From positions 1 to 64,000 of the forward strand of contig JAANOX010000241.1 in the NCBI GenBank assembly GCA_020184695.1: a DNA stretch of 64,000 bases, given 5' to 3'. This stretch comes from Histomonas meleagridis 2922-C6/04-290x (lineage: Eukaryota; Protista; Parabasalia). A model generated the notes under the pieces. It had not been told where the DNA came from. It saw only the letters and a program-made list of their open reading frames with translations, and ran no database searches. Shown here piece after piece: positions 47,750 to 58,284 of the stretch. The number at the start of each line of letters is the position of its first letter. The first letter of the stretch is position 1. Both the position numbers and the translations under genes were made by a program.

Positions 47750-48120
47750 AAAATAATACCCCTTAAAACAGAACTTATTCGCATCTAAAAAAGGTTATGA
47801 ACAAATAATTAGATTACTTCTTGAGAAGGAAGGAATTGATGTTAATACTAAAGATATTTATTTGTTTTATTTAATATTTATTTAAATAACTTAGAAATTC
47901 TAAATAATATTTGGAAATTATTTAAATTATTTGATAAAGCACAAATGAGAGTATCTGATAATGTCACAACAAAAATAGTTAAATTACTTCTTGAACATGA
48001 AGGAATTGATATTAATGCTGAAAATATTTAATGTTATATTTAATATTTATTTTAATCTTAAATTTAAAATTTCAAAATAATATATGGAAAGAATTTTTAA
48101 AATTTAAAACATTGTGATCG
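47750..48120 (+). repeat. Orphan spacer-interrupted ankyrin cassettes (locus D)
   Basis: D-position codons at 47853 and 48023 (170 nt); spacer parses as 51+12+17. Confidence 0.8.
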
Positions 48121-48824
48121 CAAAAAAAAGTTATATATAGCAATTTTTATGTTAATTAGTGAAAAATATGTGAATTAGAAAACAAAATTTACGTTAAGGC
48201 CAAAAAACTTAAATTTTACATCAAATTTAACTTATAACTTTCATTGTGATTATTTTCTGTTTATCAAAACAAATTTCGACCAAACTCCAGAAATGGGAAA
48301 ACCTATTAATATCGCTGATATTAACCCAAAATTATGAATTCAAGTTCGAGGAAACATTGGAAATTGCGCTGTAAGAAATTATTATTTCACTTCACATTTT
48401 ATATATCGATGAAAGTCAAAATTAATAAAGAAGCGATATAAATTTTAATGATATGATAATAACAAATATATGTTACATTTTTAGAATTTTTTTTGCTTAT
48501 ATGATATTTTCATCTATATAATTGGAAATTTTAAAATATAAATTTAAAAAGGTGTTGTGGTAATTCTCGATCATTGATCATTGATAATGATATTTTTAAT
48601 AGTAGCAAGTATAATTATTAATTAATGTATATTTAACTTATGATTAAACCTTAAATGGTTAGTAATCAACAACAGAATAACAAGATGAAACTCTCTTAAG
48701 TTGGTTGAAACAGGATGATCAAATCATTTTCAAAATTTTTGTTTTTGAATTAGAAATGATCGGTTCATAGTTGGCCAGATAATTAATTTGATTTGCTTTG
48801 AGTACTTTACTTATTTGTTTAAAA

Positions 48825-49742
48825 ATGAATTTTGGAATGGCGCAAAGACCTCCTCGAAAATGTGATACATCCGAAAAAATTCTCATCAATGGTATTTCTC
48901 TTCTTAAAATGCTCAAGCATGGAAAAGCAGGAATTCCTTTAGAAGTAATTGGAATCATGCTTGGTCACAAAATCGATGAATTTACAATCGAAATATTTGA
49001 TGTATTCCCAACTCCTCAAATAGCCACAGGAATTAGTGTTGAAACCACAGATGAAAAATTCCAATATTCTATGATGAAACTTTTAGAACAATGTGGTTAT
49101 GACAACTTGGTTTCTGTTGGTTGGTATCACTCTCATCCTGGTTTTGATGTTTGGCTTTCAGATGTTGATTGTGCAAATCAAGATTCACAAGAAAAATTAG
49201 ATCAAAGAGCTGTTGCAGTTGTTGTTGATCCAGTTTTAAGTGTTCGAGGCAAAGTTGTTATTGGAGCATTTCGTAATATACCACGAAATCCACTTGAACT
49301 TCTCAGCAACAAGCCGATTAAAATACAAGATCCGCGAGAAAAGACATCATTTATTGGCCATACAGTTACTCCATCTGCGAAAACGCAGAAATGTGGTCTC
49401 AATCTCACTTTCTATGAAATGCCAATTGTTTTCAAAATGAACGAACATGAACAACATATGCTCCAGTCGCTCCACAGACCAACGTGGTCAACAGGGTTTG
49501 AAATCCCATCATTCCAGAAGAACGATAAGAAGAATTTGGAAATTCTGAAGAATTTAACCGCAACCGCCGAAAACTATAGAAAAAGTATCTTAGAGGAAGC
49601 AACAATGAAGAAATCAGACTATGAACTAAGGCACGTCGGAAAGGTAGATCCGAAACAGTTTATAAAGGAAAATGCCGATAGTATGTCTGCACATGAGGCT
49701 GCACTTCTTGCACGATTACATGTCACAAATTCATCTTTTTAA
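48825..49742 (+). CDS. PSMD14: 26S proteasome lid deubiquitinase Rpn11
   Basis: LLKMLKHGKAGIPLEVIG, JAMM HSHPGFDVWLSDVD. Confidence 0.95.
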   Translation: MNFGMAQRPPRKCDTSEKILINGISLLKMLKHGKAGIPLEVIGIMLGHKIDEFTIEIFDVFPTPQIATGISVETTDEKFQYSMMKLLEQCGYDNLVSVGWYHSHPGFDVWLSDVDCANQDSQEKLDQRAVAVVVDPVLSVRGKVVIGAFRNIPRNPLELLSNKPIKIQDPREKTSFIGHTVTPSAKTQKCGLNLTFYEMPIVFKMNEHEQHMLQSLHRPTWSTGFEIPSFQKNDKKNLEILKNLTATAENYRKSILEEATMKKSDYELRHVGKVDPKQFIKENADSMSAHEAALLARLHVTNSSF

Positions 49743-49974
49743 AACGAAAATATTCTGAAGTTATTTGTGATTTTTAATTTCTCGGTGTATGAATATATGG
49801 AATGTTTAATGTTGTTTAGTGTTTTCATTTTCGAATTCTTTTGTTTCGAATTAACGTTCACTTTTCCATCTGTTTTTATGTAAAAAGTGACGACTAATGT
49901 CCCTTTGAGATTTTGAATATTAGTACGATGATTTTTCATTCATTTGTCGTTGGGAAACATTTCATTGTTACTTG

Positions 49975-51190
49975 ATGATACCTGTGAAGAATATCAATTG
50001 GGTAAAGCAAAATAATGTAAACCATAATGAATGGGAAACTTTGTTATCAATCAATAAAATAATTCTTAATTTAAATAATCATAATATTTCTCAATCAGCA
50101 AATTTAATAATAAATAAAATTGATGAAATTCATCCAATTACATGCAATATAATTATAATTCAGATGATATGTTTAATGTTTGCTATGAAAATGAATGATT
50201 TTAATATATATTTGAATTTTTTAAATGAAATTGAAATGCTTGAAGAAAACAACAATATAAAATCCAAAATTTTTGATGTTTTCGCTCTTTTTCTTCTGAA
50301 CCAGACTCAAGAATTGGATTATCTTCTAGATAAATTGATTGAACATAATTTTCTTGGTAAAAAATCTAACCACTTACTTGATATATTCAAAAAAACTCTC
50401 TTTAAAAAAATTCCATATTTTGTACATTTTATGTCTGAAAAAGAATTATCTACATTAAAATCCAATAATTTTAAGAAACAAATAGTTGATAATTATGAAG
50501 AACTTTCAAAGAATAATTGGGAACTTCATAAGAAATTTATTGAAGAAGGAGTTAACACAAATGAAATTGCAAAAATAATTCGAAATGATGAAATCGAAAA
50601 ACTTCAAGAAATATCATCACAAAACAAATTTGATTTTAATCAATATATTTTACCATCACTTTATGAAAGCTATTCATTTATCAATCAAAACAATGTTTCA
50701 TTAATTGATTATGCAGCATTTTTTTCTGCAGTTAAATGTTTTAAATATTTACTTATGAATGATACAAAAGTATTTAATACAGGAAAATATGCAGTTGCTG
50801 GTGGAAATTCAGAGATAATTCATTTATGTGAACAAAATCATTCATCATTTAAAGATGCATATGAAGCAGCAATTGAATTTCATCGAAATGATATCTTTTA
50901 TTATCTTTATGATAAGAAAATCGAAAAAAATGTAATTCTAGAAAATTTAGGAGTAATATGCGTTAGATATCATAATTATGAACTTTTTACATTTTTGCAA
51001 AAAGAAGGAATGAATGTCAATGATGATATTATATTAGAATCAGCCAAAATCGGAAATTTATTTTTCGTTAAGAATTTTATGAAAGGAAGAAAATTTCCAA
51101 CTCATATTTTATTATTTTCTTTACAATCAGGAAATTGTGAACTTGTTAAATATCTTCTTGAAGAAGAAACTGAATCAAATCCTCTATATG
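49975..51190 (+). CDS. DUF3447-type ankyrin protein, N-terminal uninterrupted part (locus E)
   Basis: Open ~405 codons from ATG 49975 to the first spacer. Confidence 0.8.
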
Positions 51191-53058
51191 ATTATTTATA
51201 TGTAAGTATGCAAATTTTTTTTATTTTATGTTTCCAAATAATATTTGATATTTGTTTGAATTATTTCATTCATTGTTTGTTGCTGCTGAAAATGACTTTA
51301 TAAAAATAGTTAAAATGCTTCTTCAAAAAGAAAAAATTAATGTTAATGCTAAAGATATTTATTTATTTCATTTTGGATATATTTTAATGATTTAATATCA
51401 CAAAATAATACTTAAAAATTATTTGTATTTGAAAATTATTTAAATTATTTAAAACAGCTTTATTATATGCAGCTGAAAATGGTTATACAAAAATAGTTAA
51501 ATTACTTCTTGAAAAAGAAGGAATTGATGTTAATACTAAAGATATTTATTTGTTTTATATGAAATTTATTTTAATTATTTTTTATTTCAAAGTAATGTTT
51601 GGAAATTATTTAAATTATTTTATACAGCACTTATGTATGCATCTAAAAATGGTCATACTGAAATTGTTAAATTGCTTCTTGAACAAGAAGGAATTGATGT
51701 TAATGCTAAAGATATTTATTTCTTTTGTTTATATTTTATTTTAATAATTTTGGAATATTTCAAAATAATATTTGGAAATTATTTAAGTTATTTTATACAG
51801 CACTTATGTATGCATCTAAAAATGGTCATACTGAAATAGTTAAGTTACTTCTTGAACAAAAAGGAATTGATATTAATGCTAAAGATATTTATTTGTTTTA
51901 TTTAATATAATTTTTAATAATTTAATGTTTCTAAACGATATTTGGAGATTATTTGAATTAATTCTTTCAGCATTTATTTGTGCAATTAACAACAATAACA
52001 TTGAAATCATTAAACTATTTATTGAACAAAAAGGAATTGATATTAATATGAAAGATATTCACTTATTTTAAATAAAACTTGTTTCAATAAATTAAAGTTT
52101 TTAAATACAATTTGGAAATTATTGAAATTGTTTAAAACACCACTTATTTATGCAACTGAAAATAATCATATTGATGTTGTTAAATTACTTCTTGAGCAAA
52201 AAGGAATAGATATTAATTTGAAAGATATTTATGTGTTTTATTTTGGCTTTATTTTAATAATTCGAAATTTTATGATAATATTTGGGAATTATTCCAAAAA
52301 CTTAATACTGCCTTTATAAATGCTGTTATAAATGATCGCGTAGAAATTATGAAAGTATTTCTTGAGTATGAAGGAATTGATATCACTGCTAAAAATATAT
52401 AAATGTTTTATTCGAATTTTATTTATATAATTTTTTGTTTGAAAATTGTTAATGGAAATTACTTATATTATTTGATACAGCACTTATGATAGCATCATAC
52501 GAAGGAAGTATAGATGCAGTGAAGTTTATTCTTGGAATAGGAGGAATTGATATTAATACAAAAAATTTTTGTTTGTTTTATTTGAATTTTTTTAAAAATG
52601 TTTTATATTTCTTAATAATTTTTGGAAATTATTATAAATATTTGATACAGCACTTATGAAAGCAACTTATAAACATAATATAGGGGTAGTTAAATTACTT
52701 CTTGAACAAAAAGATATAGATATTAATAATCAAAATATTTATTTGTTTTTATTAAAATTCATTTAAATGATTTTTAGTTTCAAAATTTTATTTGGGAATT
52801 ATTCAAATTGTTTAAAACAGTACTTATGAAATCATGTGAAAATGGTTTTATCGAATTAGTAAAACTATTTCTTGACCAAAAAGAAATTGATATTAATTTG
52901 AAAGATATTTAATTATTTTATTTAGTTTTTGTTTCACTGATTGTATGCTTCATTATAATATTTGGAAATTACTTAAAATATTTGATACAGCACTTATGAT
53001 GGCATCTAAAAATGGATCTAATGAAATAGTTAAATTGATATCACCAGATCAAATATAG
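51190..53058 (+). repeat. Array of 11 ankyrin cassettes separated by stereotyped 80-nt spacers
   Basis: D/N codons at 51354, 51541, 51711, 51884, 52054, 52224, 52394, 52564, 52734, 52904; ends at TAG 53058. Confidence 0.92.
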
Positions 53059-53939
53059 GTGGTGAAACTCACAAAAAAATGAAAATATCTTGTCAAAAAA
53101 ATAGTTTTCGAAATTTTTAGTCTTAATAAAAAATTTAATCTCTATACGGTAGAGATAATAAAGATAAATTATCAAAGGAATTTATTTTTAAAAAAATAAA
53201 ATTTAAATCTTTGAAAAAATCATGATTTCACTCAATTTTAACATAAAAATTATACGATTTGCCATATATTTCGGAGGAGAATATGCTTAGCCAAGTCACA
53301 CCCAATGAGAATGTGTAGTTATGAAGATATAAAATTGCTATGTTAAACAAACAAAAATACCGAATGACGTACCGACACAATGTTCCATTTTTCCAAAATA
53401 TTTTCAATGTCTTTAATCTATAGTTATTTGGAAATAACGAAAACAGAAAATGAAAAAGAAATTCAAAATGTATTTAAGAAAGTGTGTTTGAATTTCGATA
53501 TAAAACCGCAAATCTTATGCGACCGTTAATGGAATGAAGAAGGTTAATTCACCTTTTGGTATCTCAAAATTGTCCATCAGATTTTTCTTGAGCCCTCAGT
53601 TAATATATAGCTTAACTTATATATGCATATATGACCCAAAAAAGTGTGATTTGTGTCGGTATTTGAAGTGTTTATTTATTCAAACATATTCTCAATCAAC
53701 AAATTTAAAAATATAAGGCTTACAAACCAGTAAGTCCCACGGTCGGAAATAAAATAACTAGATGTTACTTTTTTATAAATACTTGTTTAATATATTTCAT
53801 TATTTTTTATTGATGAATATGTTCAAGAATTTTATTTCAAAAAAGAAAGTTCAGCCTAAAAAACAAAATTTAAAGTAACTATAAAAAATACATGCCTTAT
53901 GTTCTTATTTAAAAAAAACGGAAAATCGATATTAACAAT

Positions 53940-54281
53940 TTAATGTGATTGTTTTCTGATCTTAACTGTTGAGTGTGTTCTCTTGAGTTTCTTGGTTCTC
54001 TTAGTGGGTTTGTTTTCGAGTTCACCTGTTTGGAATAATTTCGCATTGGAAAACATTTCAGGAACATTAACATATAAAATGTTGGATCCTCTTAGATATG
54101 CAGAGTCTGCTTTAATTGACTCTCCATTTGGAGCTGTGTGAATAACGTCATGAACCCAACAATTCATGTTATCTTCAACGTATTGGAGAGTACCACGATA
54201 AATGTCACCTGATACAAGCTCCACTGTAACAACAAAACCTGTTGCTTCATGCAAAAGCTTAACTGGGATCCCGAGAGACAT
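53940..54281 (-). CDS. SNRPD3: Small nuclear ribonucleoprotein Sm D3
   Basis: MSLGIPVKLLHEA..VTVEL..GDIYRG...EDNMNC..YLRGSNI. Confidence 0.95.
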   Translation of the reverse strand: MSLGIPVKLLHEATGFVVTVELVSGDIYRGTLQYVEDNMNCWVHDVIHTAPNGESIKADSAYLRGSNILYVNVPEMFSNAKLFQTGELENKPTKRTKKLKRTHSTVKIRKQSH

Positions 54282-54321
54282 GTAGCCAAAGCTTCGAAAT
54301 TAAATACTTTATATTTTCACA

Positions 54322-54329
54322 AAAGTGAC
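54322..54329 (+). promoter_or_regulatory. AAAGTGAC motif in the SmD3/MEMO1 divergent promoter
   Basis: Matches a T. vaginalis upstream motif as I recall it (not verified); also near 49885 and, reversed, near 13700. Confidence 0.3.
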
Positions 54330-54378
54330 GTTAAAAATGACATTAATGACACTTTTATATAAAAAAACGTTTTTTTAA

Positions 54379-55278
54379 ATGTGCTATTCTCGAGCTATGA
54401 CACATAGCGGAGAATGGTACCCTGTTGGAGAAGAACTTGAAAAAATGCTGAAAGCTTCATTTTATTATGCGCCAACTACTCCTCAAGATAAAGAAGGAGT
54501 TGTTGGTATCATATCACCACATTCTTGCTACAGTGTTTGCTTAAAAATCGCAGCTAAAAGCTATTCATTGATTGATCCCACTAAGTATGATAAAATTATC
54601 TTGCTTGGTCCATGTCATCATATAGCTCTTCCAAATTGTCTTGTGAGTACTGCTAGTGATGTTATCACACCTTTTGGTCCTATACAAGTTGATACAGAAT
54701 TGTGTAATCAGTTAATTGCAGATCCTATGTTTTCTCCTATGGAAAAGAAAATAGATGAAGCAGAGCACTCTCATGAAATGCAATACCCACTTATTAAATA
54801 TGTTTTTGGCGATCGCCCCATTAAAGTTGTGCCAATTTTGGTTGGTTCACTTAATGAAAGTCGCGAAGAAAAAGTGAACTCTATTCTTCAGCCAATAATC
54901 AAATCTGATAGGACGCTCTTTATTATTTCGAGTGACTTTATACACTGGGGGGAAATATTTAAGTTTACATTATATGCAAATACAAGGATAAGTATTACAT
55001 ACCAACTTCAACTTTTTGATATGGAAGCAATGAATCTCATTTCTAACTTTGATTACAGTATGTTTAAGACTTTCATTGAAAAAATTAATGGGTCAATTTG
55101 CGGATGTTATGCAATTTATTTAATTTTGCATATGTTCTGTGAAGGGTATACAGCAAAAATGATTGAGAGAGGAGAGTTGGCACAGTTGGTGTCATCAAAT
55201 GATTTCTCTATTTCTTATATGGCAATTGTTTTTAAGTATAAAGAAATAGTTGAAAGTAACAAAGAAAGTATGATGTAA
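54379..55278 (+). CDS. MEMO1/AmmeMemoRadiSam B family protein
   Basis: THSGEWY, GIISPH, LLGPCHH, EHSHEMQYP, ISSDFIHWG, ICGC. Confidence 0.9.
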   Translation: MCYSRAMTHSGEWYPVGEELEKMLKASFYYAPTTPQDKEGVVGIISPHSCYSVCLKIAAKSYSLIDPTKYDKIILLGPCHHIALPNCLVSTASDVITPFGPIQVDTELCNQLIADPMFSPMEKKIDEAEHSHEMQYPLIKYVFGDRPIKVVPILVGSLNESREEKVNSILQPIIKSDRTLFIISSDFIHWGEIFKFTLYANTRISITYQLQLFDMEAMNLISNFDYSMFKTFIEKINGSICGCYAIYLILHMFCEGYTAKMIERGELAQLVSSNDFSISYMAIVFKYKEIVESNKESMM

Positions 55279-55446
55279 ACTTTTGTGGTAGTTCGAATTA
55301 ATTTTTATTTTGGAGCTTTTTCTTGTTATGTAGCCCCACCAAACCAAAAGCAGTTTTTTTCTTTGGTTTATCTTGTCGTTGATCCGAAACCGTCGACAAA
55401 TTTTATTGTTTGAAAGTTTTACATTATTAAGGCCAACAAATTTAAG

Positions 55447-56001
55447 ATGAAAGTTGTTTTTTTCGGTGATTCTGGTGTTGGAAAAACAACTATAATTAAT
55501 TCATTTCAATCATCTCCAAAAGCAGTTGAACCAACGATTAGTGCATCATCTATTAACCTTTCTGTTAAAACAGATGACCAAGACGTTGATTTAAACATTT
55601 GGGATACTGCTGGACAAGACGCGTTCCAAGCAGTTGCGCCACAATATGCTCATGGAGCTAAAGCCGTTGTTTTTGTCTTTGCACTTAATGATAAGTCAAC
55701 TTTTGATAATCTTGAATCATGGTATGAAATCCTTACAAACTCAATTTCTCCAACGAGCACAAAGATGTTTATTGTTGGTAATAAGTCAGATCTTCAGCAT
55801 GTTGTTACTAATGATGAAATAACACAATATTGCGAGGAAAAAGGCATTCCATATTCAGAAGTATCTGCAAAAACAAATTTTGGTACCAACGAATTATTAA
55901 ATTCTATTGCTAATTCTTTGAAGGATGCTTCTTTTGAAATGCCTGAAAAAGTTGATTTTAACCAGACCAATACTAAAACAGACGGTGGATGCTCTTGCTA
56001 A
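55447..56001 (+). CDS. Rab-family GTPase
   Basis: GDSGVGKTT, WDTAGQ, GNKSD, EVSAK; C-terminal CSC. Confidence 0.92.
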   Translation: MKVVFFGDSGVGKTTIINSFQSSPKAVEPTISASSINLSVKTDDQDVDLNIWDTAGQDAFQAVAPQYAHGAKAVVFVFALNDKSTFDNLESWYEILTNSISPTSTKMFIVGNKSDLQHVVTNDEITQYCEEKGIPYSEVSAKTNFGTNELLNSIANSLKDASFEMPEKVDFNQTNTKTDGGCSC

Positions 56002-56153
56002 GAAATTCGGCTCAATGAATTTAAATGATCATCTCATTAATTTGCACATGATTAAATTACCTTCTTGAATGTATTTTTTTTTCTAAGCTAAAGTCCAAAA
56101 AACATTTGACATTTTAGTTAATCAAAAAACAAAAATACAAACAAATATTTTTT

Positions 56154-56414
56154 TTAGTTATCTAATGCGAAAGTATCAATTATTTCTTGTATGAACTTAA
56201 TAGATGGAGTTGTAGTATTTATTGCCTTTTTTAAGTGCTTTTCTGAGATTGCTTGAACAGACATTATTAATGAAGTACCAAAAGAATAAAATTGTGAGCT
56301 TGATTCTTGAGGCTTTAAATCATCATCTACACTTAATGACCTTGCTGCTATTCTTGCATATTCAGGTTTTTTGAATTCGAATTCAAGAGTTTCTTTGTAA
56401 GGAAAGTCCTGCAT
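56154..56414 (-). CDS. KEOPS complex Pcc1/LAGE3-like
   Basis: LEFEF..PEYARIAARSLSVDDDL..LIMSVQA....LKKAIN. Confidence 0.75.
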   Translation of the reverse strand: MQDFPYKETLEFEFKKPEYARIAARSLSVDDDLKPQESSSQFYSFGTSLIMSVQAISEKHLKKAINTTTPSIKFIQEIIDTFALDN

Positions 56415-56526
56415 CCAAAAAAAGGTGAAAGTAAACGGTCGCCGTGTTTGAAGTCAAGTTTGTGAAATATCATAAACTGTTTTTGTGAACTTTTGAGTAG
56501 TCTCTCAAAAGGTGCCAGAAGTCAAA

Positions 56527-57360
56527 ATGAAGAAGCTCTTCAAATACAAGTCAGCTCTTGATATACCCGAACTTAAAAACAATTCTATCACAGAAGCTGT
56601 TAAGAAGGCCACCTCTGGGAGTCAGTATCGTGTCCCTCCACATATAATTTCTCAAATCAATGATCTTGGAACATCTACCGTTAACTGTGCTGTAATTATC
56701 ACTAGCCTTTTGCGTGTTTTTGATGAATTCGGTTCACACCCCATCCCAGTTTATCGTGCCTTATCTATTCTTCTTATGTTATTAAAGAGCGGAAGAAGCA
56801 CATTCGTTCCCGTAGCTCGTGCTCTCGTACCTGAAATCCAAACCATTCTTTATTTATCTTTTGGCGAAAAGAGAGTGTTATTCCGAGATCAAATCCATCT
56901 CATGGCTACTTCAATATATTACTTCCTTATGTACGACGCTGCTCTCCCAGATATCAGCGAGATTGAACGCAATATGAACACCAGCGTTAAACTTCATCTT
57001 CCACCACCACCAGTTGATTCTAAATCTCAAATCCAACCAAAACTTTTCAAGAGCGATTCTAATGCTGTAATAAAGCCCGAAGAACCTGAAGATGATAGTG
57101 AAGATGATATGGATATCCCATTTGAACCAAAAGTATTTCGACCACCACCACCAAAACAAAGAGCGCCAGTGCCAATGCCAATTGAACCTGAGGTTGTTAA
57201 GTTACCTGAGCCTGAACCTGAACCTGAACCGAAACAACCAGAGCCTCAGGAAGAAGAAGATGCTGGAGTCATGTTAGAACCACACGAATCACTCGTAGAA
57301 GTATCCAAGCTCCAAACAATAATGAGGCCACAATATGACTTCTCAATCGAGTCATTTTGA
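56527..57360 (+). CDS. ENTH (epsin-like) domain protein with Pro/Glu-rich tail
   Basis: AVKKATS..VPPHIISQI..VYRALSILLMLLKSG; likely ATG 56527. Confidence 0.7.
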   Translation: MKKLFKYKSALDIPELKNNSITEAVKKATSGSQYRVPPHIISQINDLGTSTVNCAVIITSLLRVFDEFGSHPIPVYRALSILLMLLKSGRSTFVPVARALVPEIQTILYLSFGEKRVLFRDQIHLMATSIYYFLMYDAALPDISEIERNMNTSVKLHLPPPPVDSKSQIQPKLFKSDSNAVIKPEEPEDDSEDDMDIPFEPKVFRPPPPKQRAPVPMPIEPEVVKLPEPEPEPEPKQPEPQEEEDAGVMLEPHESLVEVSKLQTIMRPQYDFSIESF

Positions 57361-58284
57361 CAAGGAAATAAACATGATTAAATATCTTTTGTTTATGTGA
57401 AACAAGGAGCAAATTGCACAGTGTGTTTTGTGTTTATACATTATGTAAAACCAAAATTTTTTATTGTGATAACACATCCATTGGATAAACGATACGTAAA
57501 CACGCAAACAAAAGTCGCATATTTTCTGACAAAAATGGAAAAAAGTTTTTATCAATTTTATGAGGTTATTTGGCCTGGCAAATAAAACACCGCCTAAATT
57601 GAGATAGGACATTTGCCAGAATTTATTTTGAAAACTTTACTTCGGATACGACAAAATGGTTTTTTTTTCATTAATGCTTGATTTCAAAGGATGAAATTTA
57701 TAAATTATCATCTAAGATCGAATTTGCGAATATAGGCTCGGAAAGTTTTTTGTTTTTTATTGTTATTTTTAATATGAAATAATTAATAAAATTTTTGTAT
57801 TTTTTATATAATTAGCATATATAAGCCATATGGTTTTCACGAGACATGGAAAAATATGACTACGTAAAAAAATTCCAATTTTTACATTTTTTTGGTTTTA
57901 ATCTTTATTGTGATAAACTTTTTGATATGAATATTAAAAAGTGGATATAAAATACCATTTTCAACGAAAACTTGGTCAAATGCAAAAAACAATGTGACCA
58001 ACCAAATGACGAAGGTTTGGAGTTGCTCGATAACATTGTTTGTGGATAGTTTTTTCTTTAAATTTAGGGAATATGTAGGATAAATGCACTTCTAATGACT
58101 TAGAATACCAAAAAATGGTCATTTAATCTTCTTTTTAATTAGTGAATTCATTTTGTAACATTTTTGGTTTCTTTAAAAGTATTTCTTTAGATAATTTTAG
58201 TGGTTCGATGGCGTTGAGTTATTTCCTCATGAAATCGAAAAAATTTAATGTATTTCTATTATTACAATATCTCTAAAATCATAT

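Noticed and set aside
51541-51627. U12-type AT-AC or AT-AG intron reading of the ankyrin spacer
   Set aside because: AT..AC gives 82 or 84 nt and breaks the frame. AT..AG (86 nt) keeps the frame but deletes conserved D and T and fails where the cassette starts ACA CCA or ACT GCC.
51550-52319. Hydrophobic track ORFs (IYLFY..FGNYLNYFIQHL) as membrane proteins
   Set aside because: They are read-through of AT-rich spacers in shifting frames, not independent genes.
51190-53058. CRISPR-like array
   Set aside because: Units are 170 nt, the conserved part is protein-coding, and there are no cas genes.
31544-54281. Functional link between PHF5A/SmD3 and the unusual spacers
   Set aside because: Both are ordinary housekeeping genes, and proximity has no operon-like meaning in a eukaryote.
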